Source: Azolla caroliniana
Taxonomy: Eukaryota; Plantae; Polypodiophyta
Direction: 5' to 3'
Assembly (NCBI GenBank): GCA_043228905.1
Contig: JBHGNT010000011.1
Coordinates: forward strand, 17,112,001 to 17,176,000
Length of the DNA stretch: 64,000 nt
Made by a program: the position numbers and the translations under genes. Under the pieces are notes generated by a model. That model searched no databases. It was not told the origin of the DNA and saw only the letters and a list, made by a program, of their open reading frames with translations. This document shows, piece by piece, positions 38,885 through 53,358 of the stretch (position 1 is its first letter; each line of letters begins with the position of its first letter).

Positions 38885-39572
38885 CCTTTCTTTGATTACT
38901 CATGCAAAAGTTTGGAGACGAGTGTTCCGAGTTCTTGCCTATATGTTTAGGGATTGCAGTTTTTCGTGGGGTATGGTAGTATGGGCTACAATGGCACAAG
39001 TGATGTGGCCATATGAGGCATGCCCAAATGACACGATTATTAGAATTCAAAGAGGAATGATAATGGTGGTGCAACGAAGTCAAATGGAGGCTCCTTACAT
39101 GTTAAAGACAATGCAAGAAGTCTGGGACCTACTATGCACCACCACAATGTGGTTTATTTGGACTGTTAGGTGTTCTAAGGTGTTTGGTAATACTAATGTT
39201 CATCCAGTGGAAAGTGTACGGAATGTCTGGATGGAGATGGTACATACCTTGAAAGGGCGGTATGAGGATATTAAAGGTGAGACAGATGTTGCAGTGTTGC
39301 AACGTCTCGAATTTATTGCCTATTGGAAGAAGGCCCATTTTCTCACACTACAAAATTCAAGACCTAAATGGTGCTTAGCACCACCAGTATGGTTGTTCCC
39401 ACCACCAATCACATAACTTGGTTAAGGAGTGGTGGAGTGTTCATACTATTTATCCTTGAGGGATGGGACCTAAGGAAGAATGCACTAGATCAATGGTAGC
39501 TTGATGGTAGGTCAGTTTATATTGTAATAATTGTTCATAACTAATGAAAGGATATTTTTCCAGGAAAAAAAA
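38885..39572 (+). mobile_element. 5'-truncated L1 LINE 3' end with A tail
   Basis: ORF 38892-39416 (VWRRV...WFIWTVRCSKVFG...PPVWLFPPP) is followed by a short 3' UTR and an A-run at ~39565-39573. Confidence 0.8.
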
Positions 39573-42224
39573 AGTAGTAGTTTTCAATGAAAATCCAACT
39601 TAGAAAAACATTGTTTATGTTTTAAAAATATTAAAAACGTGTTTGTCGAATTTTAATTTCCTCGAAAGTTTCTTGTCGATAAGTAAAATCCTAATGCTTC
39701 TTATATATCTTCAAAAAATGAATGAATTCTTAGTCTTTGGAATTCTATACATGCCTTGTCAAAAGCATAAAGATCAAGTTTATGCAAAAAAATAGTGGAA
39801 CCAACATGACACACAAAGGAAAGAGAGCATTGATTAGAACTAAAGAATGGAACGGTTGCATGAATTCGTTCAAGTATGGAATGCCTCAAGCAAACGTTCA
39901 AAGCTACTTGGTTGTACATAGAGAATCAACAAGATGTAAATTATAGTTGTAAATCCATAGTGAATTCTTTGATTTTCTTTCACATTGTTTCGTATTCCTT
40001 CACTCCATATAATAGATTATAAAAGTGGGAATGCCTATACTTCATGATAAAAAACTATTTACATTTTTATTTGTGAGGATCAAAATGCCACGGGCAATTT
40101 ACCATAATTGATACAAGTTGGTATTTTCAATAAATCAATAGGTCAATACAATAACTACAAGTTAGTTATTTTTTCATAATTTAATATGGCAAATGATCAA
40201 ATTATAGCATTGTAAAGGTTCCCAAAGTTGATTACCCAATGCAACAAGATTACACAACTATTGAACGCACCAAACCAGGTTCCTGCCCCTTCACGAACAA
40301 ATAAGATCTTTGTTTGACCATTAAAATGACATGAGAAAAATGCATGACCAAACGTTCTACCCTATGGAGGCTTACTTCGTCATGCTATTGTTTTGGGTCC
40401 CATATGCTATGTCATTGACTGAAAAAAGTATAGACTCTCTTTCTCATTTTGGAAATATTCATGTAGCTCTCTGAATTGATACAACGTTATAACCAAAAGG
40501 TATCGAGATCAAATCTCAAATTCCATGTCAATGTGACAACAAATAATATCCCAACCCTACATCAAGTATCCCATTTCTCGTATAAATATTTATGCAATTA
40601 TTTCCTTCAATAATTTAAAATTTGTCATTCTCATCTACTATGCCATGGCTTCTACCATTTATTAAGACATTCCTTCTCTCCCCTTTCAAGCTCCCATCTA
40701 AAATCTTATGCTATTGTTTCTTTCATTTACCATTCTCTCACATCTATCATTTATGGATGTTTTCCTTCCTCTTGAGCTCTCACTCCCTAATTATTGTTTC
40801 ATCCCATTTAAACTTCATTTAATTCTGGTTTCACTTTAATTATATACTAACCAAAGCTAGTTAAAAGCATAGAAATATGCCATTTCATAAATACAATATT
40901 TATGATGAGGCAATTCGATGAGAATCTTTTTTTCTCATTGATCTAGAGAAGAGCCATTTTCAAACACGGGAAAGACATGTTGAGTATGAAGTATTCCTAC
41001 TATGCAAGATAAGATTCAAAGTACCCCAAAATCCAAGATAGCCTATCGATAACAAGAAGGATAAGCTCCGAGCTTCCCAGAATCCAAGACATTACATGAT
41101 AACCAATTTTGGATAACAATGAACTCACTCCCCAAAACCCAAAGCATAATGAAGGTGTACGAATCACTAGTCCACATAATTTCGGAAGCCTTAGTGTACC
41201 TCACTGTAGTTACATGTGGAATACATATTATAGAAAATACTCATTGCTGTATTCACCTTTGCCTCAAATGACAGCTATAGTTTTCTGATGGATTTTTGGG
41301 TGTTCTCATAAATACTCCAGAGAAAATTCGTGCTACCAAAACCAAAGACTTCATGAAGACAATAACATGAAAAAATGGAGCAAAATCTTAAGTTTAAAGT
41401 AGTCAGTCCCATCCACTTGGTAGAGGAAACCTGTGCAATTTTTAAAACCTACAATGCTCTCTGAAGAAGATGAGTTAACCATGTATATCCCATTTATACC
41501 TCACTATCATATATACCTTACTATGATCATGATTGTTTACACTCCATTTCAACTGAAGAATAGTACTAATAGCCAACTTACAAGTAGCTTAAAAGTCTTG
41601 ACAAAAGCCTACCTACAAATGTAGCTTTAAGTGGGGGGAATTCAAAAAATTTAGTCAAGACAAGACTCTTACTGCACCAAGTTATGAAACTTCTGCCTAA
41701 ATTTTGTGTTATATCATAACCTACTCAGAAGATTTTGCTGCTTTAAATTTTGTCTAGATAAGCAGACAAAGAAGAATTCATACTTAAATAAAGATTTTAC
41801 TGCTCATTATAACCTTCTTGCAAGAACCTTTGAAGCCTTGGCCAAGACAACATTACTATTTGGTTGGTTTGCCCAAATTTAGTCAATTAGCTCACATTAT
41901 TGAGTGTAAGTAATACATCAAAGAGAAATGCATAAGGTCAAATAAGCATTGGTGCAATTTCACTGGATATTAACCCCATAGATTTTACATTATGGAGTTA
42001 AAACCAGGTTATGTAATATGATATATATGTATATATGTATATATCATTCATTCATTCCTTGCCATGAAGAATTAGCAAAAATTCTTCCCCAGACAGGCAA
42101 GGAAACCTTCTTTTCTCAAGGATAATCGATTAGGCCACCATCTAGATATCTATCTATATAGAACAAATAGTCAATTTGTACTAATCACCTGAAAACAATT
42201 AGGGCTGTCTGGATTTGAATAGGA

Positions 42225-43262
42225 TCAACGTCCAGGAAGATAGACGAAATCAGGCGTTCCACCAAATAGCACTTCAGAAACTTGCTCCCAATCAAAAGGA
42301 TATCTAACATTGACCACATCTTCAAGATCATCATCATATTCTTCTTCTACTTCTTCTTCTTCTTCAACTCGAGGCTTACCTCCATAACTACTATGATCCA
42401 AGGGCTCTTCAACTACATACGAATTTCCTGGACATTGCAAAACACCTGATTCCTGAGAAGGCTGACAGAACCCAGTTGGCCCACGAAGCGCTTCGCCATT
42501 GCCCTCTTCGTTATACCTATTCGGGAAACCAAGCCTTAACTGGTGGGGATCTTTAACCATAGCTTCGGAGCTTGCTTGGTCTGATCTTAAAGAAGCCACT
42601 TCAGCGACGTCTGCACTATTGGATTTAACTATGTCTTTTCTTCCATGAAAGCTTACTCCATCTTGTGGACTGATATGTTGGTAAAACTCACCTGAAGTAG
42701 GGTACTCATGGAAGCTCGATCTCGCATTGAGATAGTTGAAATGACCACTATGGTAATTGGAAGAAGGATCCACGTGGTTATCCTCAAATGATGGGTCAGA
42801 AGAAGGATATCGAAATCCTAAATGGGCTGGAAACCCAAATCCGTTAATGGTCGGGAAGCTCAATTCATCACCTCCACCATCTCTCTCTGCGGAGGATGAG
42901 CTAGGGCTAGGGTTAGGGTTAAAGTTGGGGTTAGAGTTAGAGTTAGAGTTAGAGTTAGTACCGTTGTTAATTCGGGAGCTGGATCGCGATGAAGGAGAAT
43001 TGTTGTCAGGGGAGAAGGGATCGTTGGTATGTTTGGCTGATGATGGGGAGGTCCGAGACTTCTTGTTTTTACGGAGGGTACCACCGACAGGGACATTGCG
43101 CAGAGATCCTCCTGCAGTCCAGTAGCGTTTGCAGTTCTTGCAGAAGTGCCGCGGCTGCGAAGTGTTGTAGTTGTTGTAGTAGCAGAACTTGGTGTCGATT
43201 GAATCGCACCGCGGGCATGGTATGGAGCTTTTCCGGGCGCCCTCCAGCTCTGCCTCCTGCAT
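42225..43262 (-). CDS. DOF: Dof zinc-finger transcription factor (345 aa, single coding exon)
   Basis: Canonical Dof domain [46 protein letters not shown], with an acidic C-terminus containing a Trp. Confidence 0.95.
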   Translation of the reverse strand: MQEAELEGARKSSIPCPRCDSIDTKFCYYNNYNTSQPRHFCKNCKRYWTAGGSLRNVPVGGTLRKNKKSRTSPSSAKHTNDPFSPDNNSPSSRSSSRINNGTNSNSNSNSNPNFNPNPSPSSSSAERDGGGDELSFPTINGFGFPAHLGFRYPSSDPSFEDNHVDPSSNYHSGHFNYLNARSSFHEYPTSGEFYQHISPQDGVSFHGRKDIVKSNSADVAEVASLRSDQASSEAMVKDPHQLRLGFPNRYNEEGNGEALRGPTGFCQPSQESGVLQCPGNSYVVEEPLDHSSYGGKPRVEEEEEVEEEYDDDLEDVVNVRYPFDWEQVSEVLFGGTPDFVYLPGR

Positions 43263-43291
43263 ATCTCTTGCACTATGCTTTATCTGTTTTA

Positions 43292-43322
<31 letters not shown>

Positions 43323-43612
43323 AAGAAAACTAACAAATTGCTTTCTTCATCTTCATCTTCTTCTCTCCTTTCTTCTTTCCTCCACCCTTTTAGATCTTGC
43401 AAAATGCGAATGTTTACAGGTTAGGATCTGAGAACAAAGCTCAGGAAAAAGGGAAAAGCGGAAGAGAAAGAACAGAATGAGGAGGGGGGAAGGGGGAACC
43501 CGAAGCGCTGATTAAGTTGAAGTGTAGCAAACGAAAGGCGACAATTACAGAGGTGAGGATTGGGGGGGAAAGGGGGGGAAAGGGGGGGGGGGGGGGAACC
43601 CAAAAGAAGAAG

Positions 43613-43616
<4 letters not shown>

Positions 43617-43664
<48 letters not shown>

Positions 43665-43785
43665 GAAAAACAACTAAAATTAACAGATGGAGGACAAGGG
43701 AGCAAGATTCAAGATCAGATCGGAAAGAAGAGGAGGAGGAGATGATGATGATGAAGAAGAAGAAGAAGAAGAAGAAGAGAGAGAG
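43617..43785. repeat. (GA)n and (GAA/GAT)n tracts upstream of the Dof gene
   Basis: Direct reading. On the Dof sense strand these are CT-rich tracts typical of plant 5' regions. Confidence 0.85.
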
Positions 43786-43830
43786 CAGAGAGAGCAGTGG
43801 CTATGGCTATGGAGAAGAAGAACAGTGATC

Positions 43831-43930
43831 NNNNNNNNNNNNNNNNNNNNNNNNNNNNNNNNNNNNNNNNNNNNNNNNNNNNNNNNNNNNNNNNNNNNNN
43901 NNNNNNNNNNNNNNNNNNNNNNNNNNNNNN
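43831..43930. other. Assembly gap (100 N)
   Basis: Exactly 100 Ns, with GATC at 43827-43830 and 43932-43935. Confidence 1.
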
Positions 43931-44206
43931 AGATCTATCGAGGCAGTGGCTTCTGATTTGCCTTCATTTTCTACTCCATATGCTAATGTCGTGGGTTCTC
44001 CGCTGGTAAACGTTTGTGTTATTTCGGGTTTGTTTGGGAGTAAGGGAGCTGCACGCCGTTTTATCAAGCAAGGTGGGCTTTACCTAAACAATATAAAGGT
44101 GGATGATGAAGCAAAGATTGTGGAAAGTGATGATATTATTGACAGCCGAATATTGCTTTTGTCAGCCGGAAAGAAGAATAAGATTGTGGTCAGGTTGGAA
44201 CCATAA
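43931..44206 (+). CDS. Tyrosyl-tRNA synthetase (bacterial/organellar type), C-terminal S4 domain; 5' part lost at the gap
   Basis: RSIEAVASDLPS...SGLFGSKGAARRFIKQGGLYLNN...LLLSAGKKNKIVVRL matches the S4 tail of organellar TyrRS. Confidence 0.85.
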   Translation, partial: RSIEAVASDLPSFSTPYANVVGSPLVNVCVISGLFGSKGAARRFIKQGGLYLNNIKVDDEAKIVESDDIIDSRILLLSAGKKNKIVVRLEP

Positions 44207-46065
44207 AAAATTGCTACTCATAAACATTTGTATTGTGGAACTATTTATCATTCGAAATACTCAAGTTGAAATTGCAAACAAATGAGTAACCACTTGATTG
44301 ATTTTCACATTAAACATGGAACTGTCTCCATCAATTTTTTGTATTAGCTCATGACATTATTTAAGATGAGTTTGTCACTCCTGAGGACTCGCACATATTT
44401 GAGGTATACCTATATATGCCTATAGAGTTTATGATTATTTTGTGAGGAAAAGGGTAGATTACAGAAGATATTTGATGTTTGTACACCATGTATATACTAG
44501 CATGATAAAGGCATTTTTCAGTAAGTTTTCACTGGTAGTTTGAAAACCTTTGTGATATAATATTGTGTAAGAGGTTCATTTCTTTGACTCTATGTTTGTA
44601 CTCATAATTGCTACTATTCTACAATTTTAAAAGAACTAGGTAATAAATCCATTGTATACGACTAGGATGCATTGTTCAAATCCATTGTATATGTAACTGG
44701 TAAAATTCGATTATTGCAGTTCTTCTAATACTTACATATTCTGTTTACACATCAGAACTATTTGATTCCTAAAGCAAACTTGAATATTTGATTCATTTGA
44801 GGTATTTAGGGTTTAGGGTTCTGAGTATCTAAGTATTAGAAGAACTATTCTGAGTATCGGAGTAACTATTTAGGGTTAGTCAAAAGAATCTAAACATATG
44901 AATCCACATTTCATAAAGTATACAAGAGCCATGATCCTATTGAACAATTGGGATTCAAGCAAATCCAGGAGACAATAACCCCTCAAGTAGATATTGAATG
45001 CTGTATTCATAAAGTCGCATTGTGTATCAGTTTATCTGATGTGCTATGTTTGATCATTTATAAAGTTTTCTATTATCCAAATTGTAGATTACTTCATGAT
45101 CTTTTAAGTTTGTGTCTAAATTCTACTATATAGATAGCTATGTATTACACCATAGTTTCTGTCCCCAAAAATAGCACCAAGAAATGGGCAAAGCAGTGCT
45201 GCATGCATCTTGGAGGTTTCTAACCTTTATTTAGAATAGAATAAAATAAATAAATTAACGCGTTTTAGAACTAAGGAAATCTTTGAAATTATTTTTGGAA
45301 CAAAGGTCGAAAGTATAGGTTGTTCTATCCTATACCAAATTTGTTGTTTAGGTAATTGTATCCTTTTCAAAATTTCCAATGAAAATTATAAAAGAAAAAC
45401 GAAAACAGTATGTTCTGGAGGCTTTGAAGGGCATGATATAGCTGAATTTTGTTATATATATATATATATATGAAATGTGAACCTAACCACAAATGCCACT
45501 TGGAATTGGAGCGATCTTTGAAACCATATGCAGTTAAATAGGTATCCACAATCTCTCTCAAGTACAAATGGTTAAAGAGTAGATATCAAACAACAAGATG
45601 CCGGTGTTGTGGAAGCCGAGCTCTCTTTTGATGCGTTTGTATGAACCCTGATATCACAACATCAGTACCTACACATAGCTCTCTTTTTAAGACTACATAC
45701 ACTATCCATGCCCAGTTAGACTTGGCTTACAAATTAGTCTAGTTTCCATCATACATCTCACTGCTTTTTAAATGTACACAAAAAACTACAGAAAACGGTA
45801 TCACAAGCCAGGTATCAAACTTTAAAGAAACACTAGGGGCTGTAGAAGATGTGGCCAACATGCCAGGGAATAAAGAGCCACACAAATGTTTGGTCCATGC
45901 ATGATGGCAACCAGTTATGATAATGTATATGGCATACACCAAGTATCAATACTTACAACCCTGTGTTTTGAGAGCCTTCATCACGCCTGTTTTTAATCAA
46001 AAGTAGCAAAAATAATTAATCATTCACACTTCTATGATGATAGGAAAGCATGAGATTGATTGATA

Positions 46066-49000
46066 TTACCTTTCATGTGTATTGCTGGTGCTGTCATTAT
46101 TCATTCCACTGATATTCTCTATGCTTCCAGATGCAACAGCCATGATTTCTGGAGTTATTTCCCAGTTTCCACTCTTCCGGCCTCGACTCGATATTCGACG
46201 GTGAGATACAGTTGTAGAGTCCACTACTACTGGTGGGTGTAGCTGTCCCATTGCGCATGACCAAGCATCTTCATTAAAGGAATCATTTTCTTCGTCCCTG
46301 CCCAAGTCTCTTTCTTCACTTTGTACTTCATTGGCATCACTCTCTCCCACTTCAGTTCCAGCCTCTTGGTTTCCATCTACTTTAGGCTTAGGAGTTGAAA
46401 CAATATGTCCTGATTGGTCCAGCTGAACCTTTGCTCGGAAATCATTTCTTGAGGGATCTATTGGTGTGCAAAAGATGGAGTAGAAATTCTTCATAATGCC
46501 TAAGTCGTAAGGGCTCACTCTTGGATCATATCGGTATCTGAAATTCTCATATGTTGTCTGAAAAGTTTACAGGTTCTGATTGTTAGGTTCACCAATCGAA
46601 TGAGAGAGTTACCTCACACAGCTGCACATTCAGATAATGGCATAGATGCTACTTCACCTTGTTAGTTAACATGAATATATGTAGTTATGTATCATTATCC
46701 AGTTCATTTTTGAGTATATACTGGAGGCAGACACATGATAATGTGAAAGAGAAATCAACTACACATACCACGTACTATGTGTTCTAAAACATTGATGCCA
46801 TGTGCTAATACCATTAGTAACACATGGACACAATTTATTGCGATCAAGTAAAATGTTTACTCCATTATTTCCAAGGTCTATTTCTACCATTGGTTGTCTC
46901 ATCTGGCAAGACAAACACTCTCAGTCAACAAGCACCAATGGCTTCAGGAATATTGTTTCTTAGAATTCTTGTCACTAAAATGCTACACATCTATTACCCA
47001 CTTATCACAACGGAGCATGCGCCCATACTTAATCCAACTTGATTTCATCAGTTAGAATTCAATTTTCATCGCTTTTTGCTCTCCCTAAGTTTGTTCTTCT
47101 TAGGCTCTAGAAGACCACTGAAATCCAATGCAATCTTGGTTAACGACATCTTTTCACATTGTGTACTGCTCAAACTATGAAACACAATGCACATTACAAT
47201 ACACAAATTTTTGAGTTATCATTGCCTACACCAGTGCTTTTTTAGGGAGATGGGCCATTTCATTAAAGCTGTCTGAAGCCTAGAGGTACATCTCTTTCTT
47301 GTTTTAGATTTGGTTTTTTGGAACAGAATAAAATATATTAGTTACCTCACCGGGAGAGAAAGAGAAAGGCTATCTAGTATGATGCAATATGTATATAGAA
47401 TCTGGGGTATTCTACTTGATGCAATACATTCATTATCAGATTTGTATATTAAAAGCTAAAAAGATTTTTATTAATGCATGCATCAAGATGCAGGATGGAA
47501 TCTAGTTTTTAATTATATAACGAGAATGTATCAATACCTAAAATGTGCCTCACGTTCAATGTTTCAATAACCTAGACAACTTTGGTTGCAACTATTTCCT
47601 ATGCGATTGTGCAAGTTTTCTATCACATTGTACTCCATGCAGCTATTATTCAAAAATCCATCTTCAGTTGATGATTTTGATGGCAGAAAATGCTTCAACA
47701 CTATCTCTTAGGTAACATCAACACATTCTGAATGCAATCTTTGCCCGATTATTTCATTGAGAACTTTCACGATATTGTTAGCAAGCATGTCATTTTGTAA
47801 ATCCATAGTGTTAACATGTTAACTACACTGTAAGACCAGACCAATCTAAGTTTACAGGTGCAGGATGTGTCACATGTTTAAATGTGCGAGGGAGGAAAAT
47901 GAGACATAGAAGAGTGAGTGTTCATTTGTTACTTGGTGGTACACCACATTCATCCAATGTACAAGGTCTTTACGCATTGTCAGCAATCTTGTGATTTTGT
48001 ATTCTAAATTTATAGTGACACAACATATTGTATTCTTAGACAGTTCTCTACTTCATGTGGATGTTATGAATGCTAGCTCCCCATCTAGTACGTAGTAACA
48101 TGTTGATCCACTTGTGGACGTTATGGCTTATGACTATGGATTATAAAATATCTAAAACATTGTGCATTTCCCACTTCCAATGGAGAGAAGAATGCATCAT
48201 GTGTCAGTGACATTTGCATGATGGTTTTCTAACATTGGTAGAAGTAATTCACACCCCAGGATATTCAACTAAGACGCTATCCTCTATGGTTTCCACATCC
48301 AGTACAAGTCCTATCAGTTTTTAGCCAAATCATGCTGGACTTTAATTCAGCATGTCATGGAAGTTTTAGTCGTAGTCAGGTTGTTAACTCAGTCAGGCTT
48401 TTCCTCAATCCACCAGCCTACTCAGAACCAGTCAGGTTTTACCCTACCTACACTTAACTTTTTTAATTTCAGCTCCATTCCAGTCCAATTTACTTTTCAG
48501 TATCATTAGTGTCAATGCAAAGCTGTTTAGAAGATAACTTGTGGTTTCAGGTTATAAGTAACATTGTTGAAAATGTGTCAGTCTCTCATTTCCTTTTGTT
48601 ATTCTAGCACAGTTCCTGACATATTCTGGCATATCATTTATGATTAACCTCTACATTCAAGTTACATAAATCGTGAAAGAACGTGTTTCATTTATATGGT
48701 AAAGAACTAAAACACCAGATAAACAAATAATGATTTACCTGATTGGTGCTAATGAGGTAGAAATGGAAGAGTGTGAGGCCCCCGACAAACCAAACAGCCA
48801 CAAATGTGTATGCCATCAAAATCACGGAAGCTGGAGATTTAGCCATAGCTTGCCAAACACTGAGGGAATCCCGTGTTTGCTGATTTCCGTCCATCACATA
48901 TTTGATGAACAATGCTGACATTGAAAATACATAAATGCACAAAACTGTTGCTGATGACACAAACATGAAAAAGAAGCGATAGTTCCTCTGAAACACACAA

Positions 49001-52000
49001 ACGATATTTTTTTACCCTGTTGCTAGAAACCATAAGAAAATAATTTGACACGCCTGAAAAATGATTTTTTTCCAACTCGCATCATAAAAGAGCTACAAAT
49101 ATTTATTTCTCTGTTTGCTTAAATCATAAAATCTAACACTTTATTTCATGTATTGATTTATCAAGGAAATTGACCAATAATTATATCGAGAAGTCTAATT
49201 ATTTATAATGATGTCTAATAAAGTGTGTAAGCGAGTGAAATCCATTGTACAACAATCTAGTGAATAGATGATTTAAGGTACGTTATGAATTTGAAATCAA
49301 GCCTAAGCGCAACTAATCTGTGTCCATGTACAAGAAAATGATTGTTTTCCTTTGACAAAATCACTCTTATTGATGATAGATAGGAGCAAAGACTTCACAA
49401 CCCACAACCAGAGCCTGATGGAGAAGTAAAATTCACCATGTAATTGCTGAACAAGCACAAAAAATTGCTAAAAAAGGGATTTACCAAGGGCATTTAGGAA
49501 AATAAGACAAACTTAGGGGATGTAAAGAAAACTTCAAGGGCTTTTTCACTTAATATAACAAAATATATGTGATGGTATCACCAAAATTTAATCCAGTTTT
49601 AAAAGTCAAAATTGTGAGTTTCATTTCATACCTTTCCAATGCACTGTCCAACCCAAGGGCAATGGTGATCAAACCTTTCCACACAATTGTTACATATAGA
49701 ACAATGGGAGCATCGAGGAGGACGATAAAGCATGCAAGTGTCGCAATACTTCATTTTCACAGATTTTCCATCAATAATAACATCTTTAATGCGGGGCAAT
49801 CGCCACCTTGGTGTTTGATGAGATCCTCCCAAATCTCCAGGGGACGCTGAAGACTCATACTCATCTGGCTCTGGTGGATGTGAATTGCGTGGGATAATGC
49901 CTGGATCTCTGCTTGATGTGAGTAAGAGAAGAGTAAGCACCTGAACATAAATGAAGAGGAAAATACAAAATATATATGAGGTAAAACAAAGATAATACAC
50001 ATCATCAAAATTACTACCAAAGCAAAGAAATGTATTATAATTATTGACTTGCACTAAACTCAAATAAGATTGAATGCTTCTTTGATCATAACACATTTTG
50101 ACATTATTGTTTCAACTAATGGCTGTGAGCCATTTAATTTCTGTTATGGGTTAACAATAACATAGGTATCTGGTAGTAATACTATTATTGCTCCATAAAA
50201 AATAGTAACATTATTTGTTTCAGCCTTTAATTTTATCTCCAGTCCAATCAGTTTGTCCCCTATCATTTTCTATAATGGTATTGCGATAATCTAGGTAGGA
50301 AATAACATTTATTTTTAGAAAACGATGACGTTATTTGTTTCAGTTTCAAATGACTACAATTCTCCAGATTGGGAGTATTCATTTGGTCAGTCTCAACCTC
50401 TTGAGGGTCCTCTCTATATGAATGATTTTCTTTGTCATTAATAAATACTGCTGACACTTTCTGCAGACTATGACGTCTATCTTGCCATCAAGTTTCAAAC
50501 AATGTCAAATGTAATGAAAGCAATTTCATACTTCATATGATCATCTGAAAACGGCCTCCAAGAGAACTGAAGCAAACAAAATCGAATTAATGTTCAAACA
50601 TTCCCTAAAACGAAATATGCCCAAACATTCATCATTCATAATGCAAAGATTCATGCGTATGACACTGCAATATGGTCAGTACTGAAAAAGCAAAACACAT
50701 GAAACTATGGAAAGGCAAGTATTTACATGTACAGTGAGGACCAGCGACACCACCATAATCGCAATACCACTATTATAATTGGGAAAACTATGGATGAGAT
50801 GCTTTGCAACAAAAATACAGAATATTGCTATTGGTACAAGTATGAGAAATATTGTGATGAATAATGACTTGAAATCTGGTCCAAAAATCAACCGTCCAGA
50901 TAAAAAGAACTTCTGCAAAACAAGGAGAATTGTTTCTTAGCCTCTTTCTCTCTCAAGAGAAAAGAAAACAGGAAAAATAAGAAACTGGAATATTTGTTTG
51001 TTTTGCGTAATTGTATTGTACTGTAATATATAACCATGCAGGTAGAAATTCATATGAGCACTGACAAATTATCAAAAATGTACAATGGATGTATATTCCG
51101 GCCTATAATAGCAATAAATGACAAACACACACTTGTGGCTGCGAGCTAGAAATGACATAGCTCTGATTAGAAATAGCTCAAACAGCCTACACATTGGGAT
51201 ATGAGGAAGGAGGGTTTTGGATATAACCAAAAGGTTATAGAATGGTATACAATATGAATGAATATATGAAAATAGTGGAGACAAAAAGGCATTTCCTGTT
51301 CCATTGCCCAATATACGACCTATATTGGGAATAATGTTTCTGAGTTGCTTCAAAGTAGTGAGGACCTCAAACAAATTGTGGCAAACCAGTACATTGATTT
51401 TGGCAATGGCCGGGATATAGCTAGCTATGTATTGTTTTATGCATCCTATGGATAATTTTGGGTCTCTCCAGAAGAATAATGGATCTCTGTGGGTCTCCCA
51501 AAGGGTATGCAACTGAGCATTTATGCACTCAACAAGTCCGTCAAGAAACATCCGCTGTCAAAGAGAACTACCATGCTGTAAAACAGGGATGCCCCTTATC
51601 ACGAACTCTCTTTGTGTTTTACAATGATGACATGTCACAATAAATAGGCAGCTTTAGGTTCGATTTGGTGCAAGTCTTGCCCACATATGTACTTATACCC
51701 ACACTTCTATATCCCGAATCCAGAGGATGAGGTCCTTAACTCATACTCTCAAGAGAGCCAACTAAAATATTTGATATGCTCTTGATAAGACCTATATTAT
51801 GCTGTTTAACACAACTTAGGAATGGGTGAGATGGTGCGATCTTGAGTTTAAATTTATGTACGGGGACCTATTTGTCCATTAAAAGAGCCTATATAGCTTT
51901 ACTGCCAATTGAGAGATACTGAGGTTATTCACATTTCCAAGATCAATGCACTAAACTATGGTTGTCCAATACATTGCTCACACACATCCTCGCAGATTTA

Positions 52001-53358
52001 GCAGAGATAAGGAGCCAAGCCTCCACAATAGAGAGCATTAAATAAAATAAGGAAAAGGCACTAGATGCCTATGTGAGAAAGTTAGGCATAGATGCACTTT
52101 CGAAGTCTGTGACTTGAAACTTTTATACAACAAATCTGGGAATTCATTAGACATAGCTGCTACCCACAATTCTCATCCATATGTATATGTAGGTGAAGAA
52201 GGTGAAACTAACTGTTTGTATGCACAAATAAAAGACTGATTCCAATACATGTCACGGATATGGATGCACTATCACAATTTAAGTATAGCCATGACGGATC
52301 ACTTTCAAATACGATAATAACAAAGAGAAATAGACTGATAATGATTGCTGTAATCAAAATGGGCACAGAAAAACCTATAGCCTACAATCAATCTGAATGT
52401 GGAACTAGGCATCTCATTATATGCACCTATATGTACACATGGTTTCTTTATTTAATGAAAGTATATGAAGATACACATTTCACAAGCTGTTCATACATGA
52501 ATAGGGCCAGAAACGACTTTGTCCCATTGGCTGACAATGGAATTCAAAGATATACACATATAGCTTTAGAGGACCATTCTGACAATTTTGCAATCAAAAT
52601 AATCAAATTTGAAGAGCAATATAAATATCATTTTGTCCAGTCTATCATGAGAGCAGAAGCAAATAAGCATTGTCTCTTTAGGGAAGGGATTTTAGAGGTC
52701 TCTCTAAGAGCAATGCAGCACAATGACCAAAGTTGTCTAGAGCTCTTCATTCAGGAAATAAGGTATAATCAATCAAACAAAACCATAAGTTGTTTTCTGC
52801 ATCGATTAATCTTTTTGTTGTTTTGTGGACAGTAAGGATTGATCGATCAAATAAACCACAGGTCTTTTCTCTCTATCAATATACTTTGCTTTGTTTGTAG
52901 ATATCAGCAGCCAACATATCCACAGCTAGGTAAGGAGTATATGAAAATCGAGATATAGTCATTCGATTTGAGTTTACCGTAAAGAAAAGAAACAGTATAA
53001 TTCGCTGCTTACTTCTTGACTCTTAATACCAGCCCGCCAATCCATTGACAGCATGAACAATGATGGATCAAACATAACCATATAACCTAAGATCCCTTAT
53101 TACAGATCAGGCTGGCTACTGAGGAGTGTTTAAAAATCCAGACTAGGTTTTGAATTGGCAGAAATTTTAAAGAGAATTAAAAAAAATCAGTTGTGTCAGA
53201 AGGGGTGCGACATTTCTCTTTCTAGTATTAGTAGTGCAGTAGAAAGATGATTAAAATCCGACAAGAAAAGACAAATACAGTGCAAAAGAGAGGATAATAA
53301 GAGAAGGAAGGCGTACATTGCTCCCTTTCCAGACTTGATAAATGCGTTTCTCCGCCAT
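46066..53358 (-). CDS. DHHC-type protein S-acyltransferase (PAT7/8/9-like, ~425 aa); exons 53358-53317, 50912-50727, 49940-49632, 48987-48739, 46557-46066
   Basis: All introns are GT-AG, phase 0. The product reads [14 protein letters not shown]|[13 protein letters not shown]...DPGIIPRN...[40 protein letters not shown]|RNYRFF...NQ|TTYENFRY...[12 protein letters not shown]. Confidence 0.95.
51070..52050 (+). mobile_element. Degenerate L1 RT fragment, antisense within PAT intron 1
   Basis: [13 protein letters not shown] at ~51578-51616. The surrounding frames are broken and the limits are approximate. Confidence 0.6.

Noticed and set aside
41400-41640. Copia RNase H end and PPT (QL...LTKA; AAGTGGGGGGA)
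   Set aside because: Too degenerate, with no following LTR recognisable.
42757-43333. ORFs overlapping Dof in other frames or antisense
   Set aside because: Shadows of the GC-richer Dof coding sequence, with no independent motifs.
52260-52835. 191-aa ORF antisense in PAT intron 1
   Set aside because: No recognisable motif and intron-like composition; probably a chance ORF.
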